Below are positions 60,938-64,000 of a DNA stretch of 64,000 bases, in pieces (positions within the stretch are counted from its first letter, which is position 1; each line of letters opens with the position of its first letter). The notes beneath the pieces are model-generated. The model saw only the letters and a program-made list of their open reading frames with translations, was not told the origin of the DNA and did no database searches. Both the position numbers and the translations under genes were made by a program. The stretch is from Macrostomum lignano (Eukaryota): contig NIVC01000121.1 in the NCBI GenBank assembly GCA_002269645.1, forward strand, positions 1-64,000, written 5' to 3'.

Positions 60938-61927
60938 ATATGGCCATGGGCTTTAGTATGAAACCACTGAGCAGGTTAGCAGGTAAACTGATTGTTAGGC
61001 CTAACTTGGACAGAGAGTATGATGTAAATTGATTACATCAATTAATTCAACAAATATTTCTTAACGGACCAAAGGCTAAGCCTAATCACAGATACTATAA
61101 TTAACTAGATGGGCCACTCAGCACATTTGCATGCAGGCTACTTTTAGTTTAGTAGCAAGTTAAACAGAATAATTTAAATGTATTTTTAAAGCTAAGGCTC
61201 ATTTATTGGCTCTTACCCCCCACTTAAACCTCCGACCGCGCCTTTCCATGCTAACCTGCCCCGCCGCAATTTTATTGCCTTTCTCGGAATTCCAGCCCAA
61301 AGGCTAAAGCTGTGCCATCTGCCATGTACATTCAGTGGACTGGCCAATGTACATTATTGCTGAACCAATTAGCAAGTTGTTTACGCCTGCAAGCTTGGGC
61401 TTCTAAACTTATCAAATTCAAATTAAAAAAGAAATAAAAAACTAGTCTTGTTTCATTTCTGTTTTGGTGCTATTTTAGGCCTATTTTAGCTAGCCTAGGC
61501 CATAGGCATAGGCATAGGCCTTAGCCATAGCTACATAACACATAAAATATTGGCTAAAAACTCTAACTTATAATTTATCTCTCTTTACTATTTAAGGTTA
61601 AGTCCTAATTTGAGCTATAAAATCTAAGCTATGAAATAGTGTGCACACTATAGTATATTATATTTTTAAGAGATTTTAAGCAGTGTTGCTATTTCCATGA
61701 CTTACATATTGGAGAAAAAAATTGCAAGGTCATTTCACAGTATACACTAAAGGCTAGAAGGCTCCAGTTCTAGTTTTGCAAGCCTTAGCATACTTGGCTT
61801 GATCGTCTTTCTGCTCTTCACAATGGAAGATGGTCAGTTGATTCAGGCCAAAGTAGATTATAGACTTAGGCCATGTGGGCATGTTATTAGACAAGCTGGT
61901 GGCAAGCCCATCATCTGCCCCTGGTAG

Positions 61928-62338
61928 TAGAGGTCAGACGGGATCCTGATCCCAATCCCGAAATCTCGGGATCCTGAGGAAAATTGAATTCCTGCGGGAC
62001 CAGAATCCCAACCCTAAAAAACTCAAGATTTGAGAACAGGTCTTTTGATTAATAATTTATAGAATTAGTGATTACTTGAAGGTATTTTGCTTTAACTTGT
62101 ACTTGTTATTAATATTTTTACATTATTTACTTTGTTGGTTACAAAACTTCATATCAATTTTGTTGTGTTTTACTTCTTGATCTTGACAATATTTTCTCAA
62201 TTTTGTTTAACTTTACATGGACAGTACACTAAAAGACCTGATCCCAATTACCGAATCCCGATCTTGATCCCAATCCCAAGAAAAAAATTATTCCCAATCC
62301 CGATCCCACCCAAAGACTTTAATCCCATCTGACCTCTA
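61928..62338. mobile_element. hAT MITE
   Basis: TIR TAGAGGTCAGA(C/T)GGGA; 8-bp TSD CCTGGTAG at 61920-61927 and 62339-62346. Confidence 0.9.
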
Positions 62339-63779
62339 CCTGGTAGTGCAATATTGGTGCCAAAGTCACTGGCCAAAATTGTTGGGGTCCCAGCTTCAGC
62401 GGGATTGAAAGAAGCAAAGGATGCCATAGCTGAAAATGGGAGAAAGTGAGCTAAGTCACAAAAAGAGGAAAAAGAAAAAGAAAAGACTGTTAGCAACCAG
62501 ATAATCCCCTGGCCTTCTAGCCCATTTGCATCGTCAAACACCTTACACATTATGGGGTACATTAAGCAGTACCATAGCTTGCAAGCTTGCAAGCTAGACC
62601 TGCATATCTAAGTTCAGTCAAAGCTACTAGATAGGTTAGTAGCATTGGAGCCTAGTCAGTCCAGCAGCCCTAGGGTTTGCCTTGAACACATGCGGGGATG
62701 AGTACCCCTAAGTTGACTTAAAGATAGTGTGGGGGGGTCTGCAGCTATCAGAGACAAACAGAGGGTATAGACCTCCCACTAGCCTTGACCTACTAGAGAT
62801 ATGGGTAGGCATGAAGCATCGCAGACCATAGCCCATAGGCCTAGTCTTTCATACTTCCCTGGCATACTGAATATACCTTTGTATATTCTAGCCTATCCTA
62901 GTTCTAATCATGCTAATAAGCTTATATTGTTATACAAGAGAAGTTTAGCCTTTTTTTAATAGTTGTATTTATTTCAAAGGTCCTATACCATTGCCAATAT
63001 AAAAAAATACTATTTATATGGTTTTGCCATATGTCTCTGCTTATTTCTAGAATAGATTATATAGTAGTTAGTATTATTGGAATTAGAAATATTCTACTAA
63101 ATGGCAATGTATGTGTATTCCATATGTATGTTCTTTATTCCTAAAGGCAAAGCATTTCTATTTTTATTAGTTAGCATAAGATTTTTAAAATAAACATTTA
63201 TAAATAAATAAAGGAACCTAAAAACATAAGGTTTTTAATAAGGTAATATATTTAAAAGCTTATAATAATTTCTTATTGTTCTTTATTTGTATATATTGGC
63301 AATGCTATGACAAAGATATATCTATGGAAAAACTTGTAAAAGCATATAGCTTTTAAAGCAGTAGAATATTTCAAATTGGGCTTCAGCTTTATTGCTTTTT
63401 GTTCCCTCCTTTTGCTGCACTAAAAGTCCTGGATGTGCATTTAAGTGTTGCTCAGAGGAATGTGATACACCCTTTGGGGGATAGGGCAGAATTGAGCTAA
63501 GATTTATGCTCAACTTTTATTGGCTCATGTGTCTTAGCAGTCATTTTGCAGCATTCACTGCAGCTAATTACCCATTTGTCAGCTACCACTTTGAAATTTT
63601 GTTAACTTGTTGACTTACTGTAAGTCTATGGTCAAGGTCCTGCTACATTTTAGTTAATAACTTTTGTTTCCATTGCCTGTTTTTAAGGATATTAAAGTTA
63701 ATATGAAGAAGAAAGTTTCCACTAAAAATCTGTGCAAAATTATGTTATTTAGATCAGTAGAACAAGAGATGTAGTGAAA

Positions 63780-63809
63780 AGTAGCACTACTTTTGGGGCA
63801 GCCCTCATA
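63780..63809 (-). mobile_element. Single mariner-type TIR remnant
   Basis: Reverse complement TA|TGAGGGCTGCCCCAAAAGTAGTGCTAC, related to the TIRs at 740-763 and 10168. Confidence 0.5.
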
Positions 63810-64000
63810 ACTTCCTTTTTGTTTTCTTTCTCCTTTTTTTCTATTTCCTCTTCTATGAACATTTGTTTTCTTGTTTCCCCTTTTCCATTTTTCCTTTCTT
63901 GGAGTAGGCCTAGTAGCCTCTTTATGTAAAATGCAAAATGATAACAAAGTAAACATTTAGGTAATTTTCAAAAGTACGCATATATGTGCTACCCCCCCCC

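Overview
Eukaryotic (animal) genomic DNA: GC-rich spliceosomal exons in AT-rich, repeat-saturated sequence. The style resembles a free-living flatworm such as Macrostomum, but that is inference only. Genes reconstructed by hand from splice signals and phase: a decayed neprilysin/M13-like gene lacking HExxH, an EAPP exon, a C2H2 zinc-finger gene, a 3-exon centrin-like EF-hand gene, a multi-exon tandem DUF1330-like gene, tRNA-Arg(ACG), a 4-exon stand-alone alpha-kinase, a TEX26-like putative axonemal gene and a secreted PAN/apple + F-type lectin. Roughly half the window is repeats: two head-to-tail non-autonomous Helitrons carrying expanding satellites (24260-35137), about 15 mini/microsatellite arrays, three tRNA-derived SINE families, mariner/hAT/ISL2EU-like MITEs, Gypsy and Penelope relics and a solo LTR. 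Most striking observations: (1) an intron made almost entirely of about 90 tandem copies of its own exon/5' splice-site junction; (2) a perfect RFX X-box superimposed on the putative splice acceptor and start codon of the centrin gene, plus a second X-box before the TEX26-like gene; (3) Helitrons with an internal tRNA-like Pol III promoter ahead of the satellite; (4) CpG-depleted domains with CpG->TpA double transitions suggestive of a RIP-like process; (5) foldback-like elements whose arms are mutually inverted satellites. No database searches were run; family calls rest on recalled motifs.
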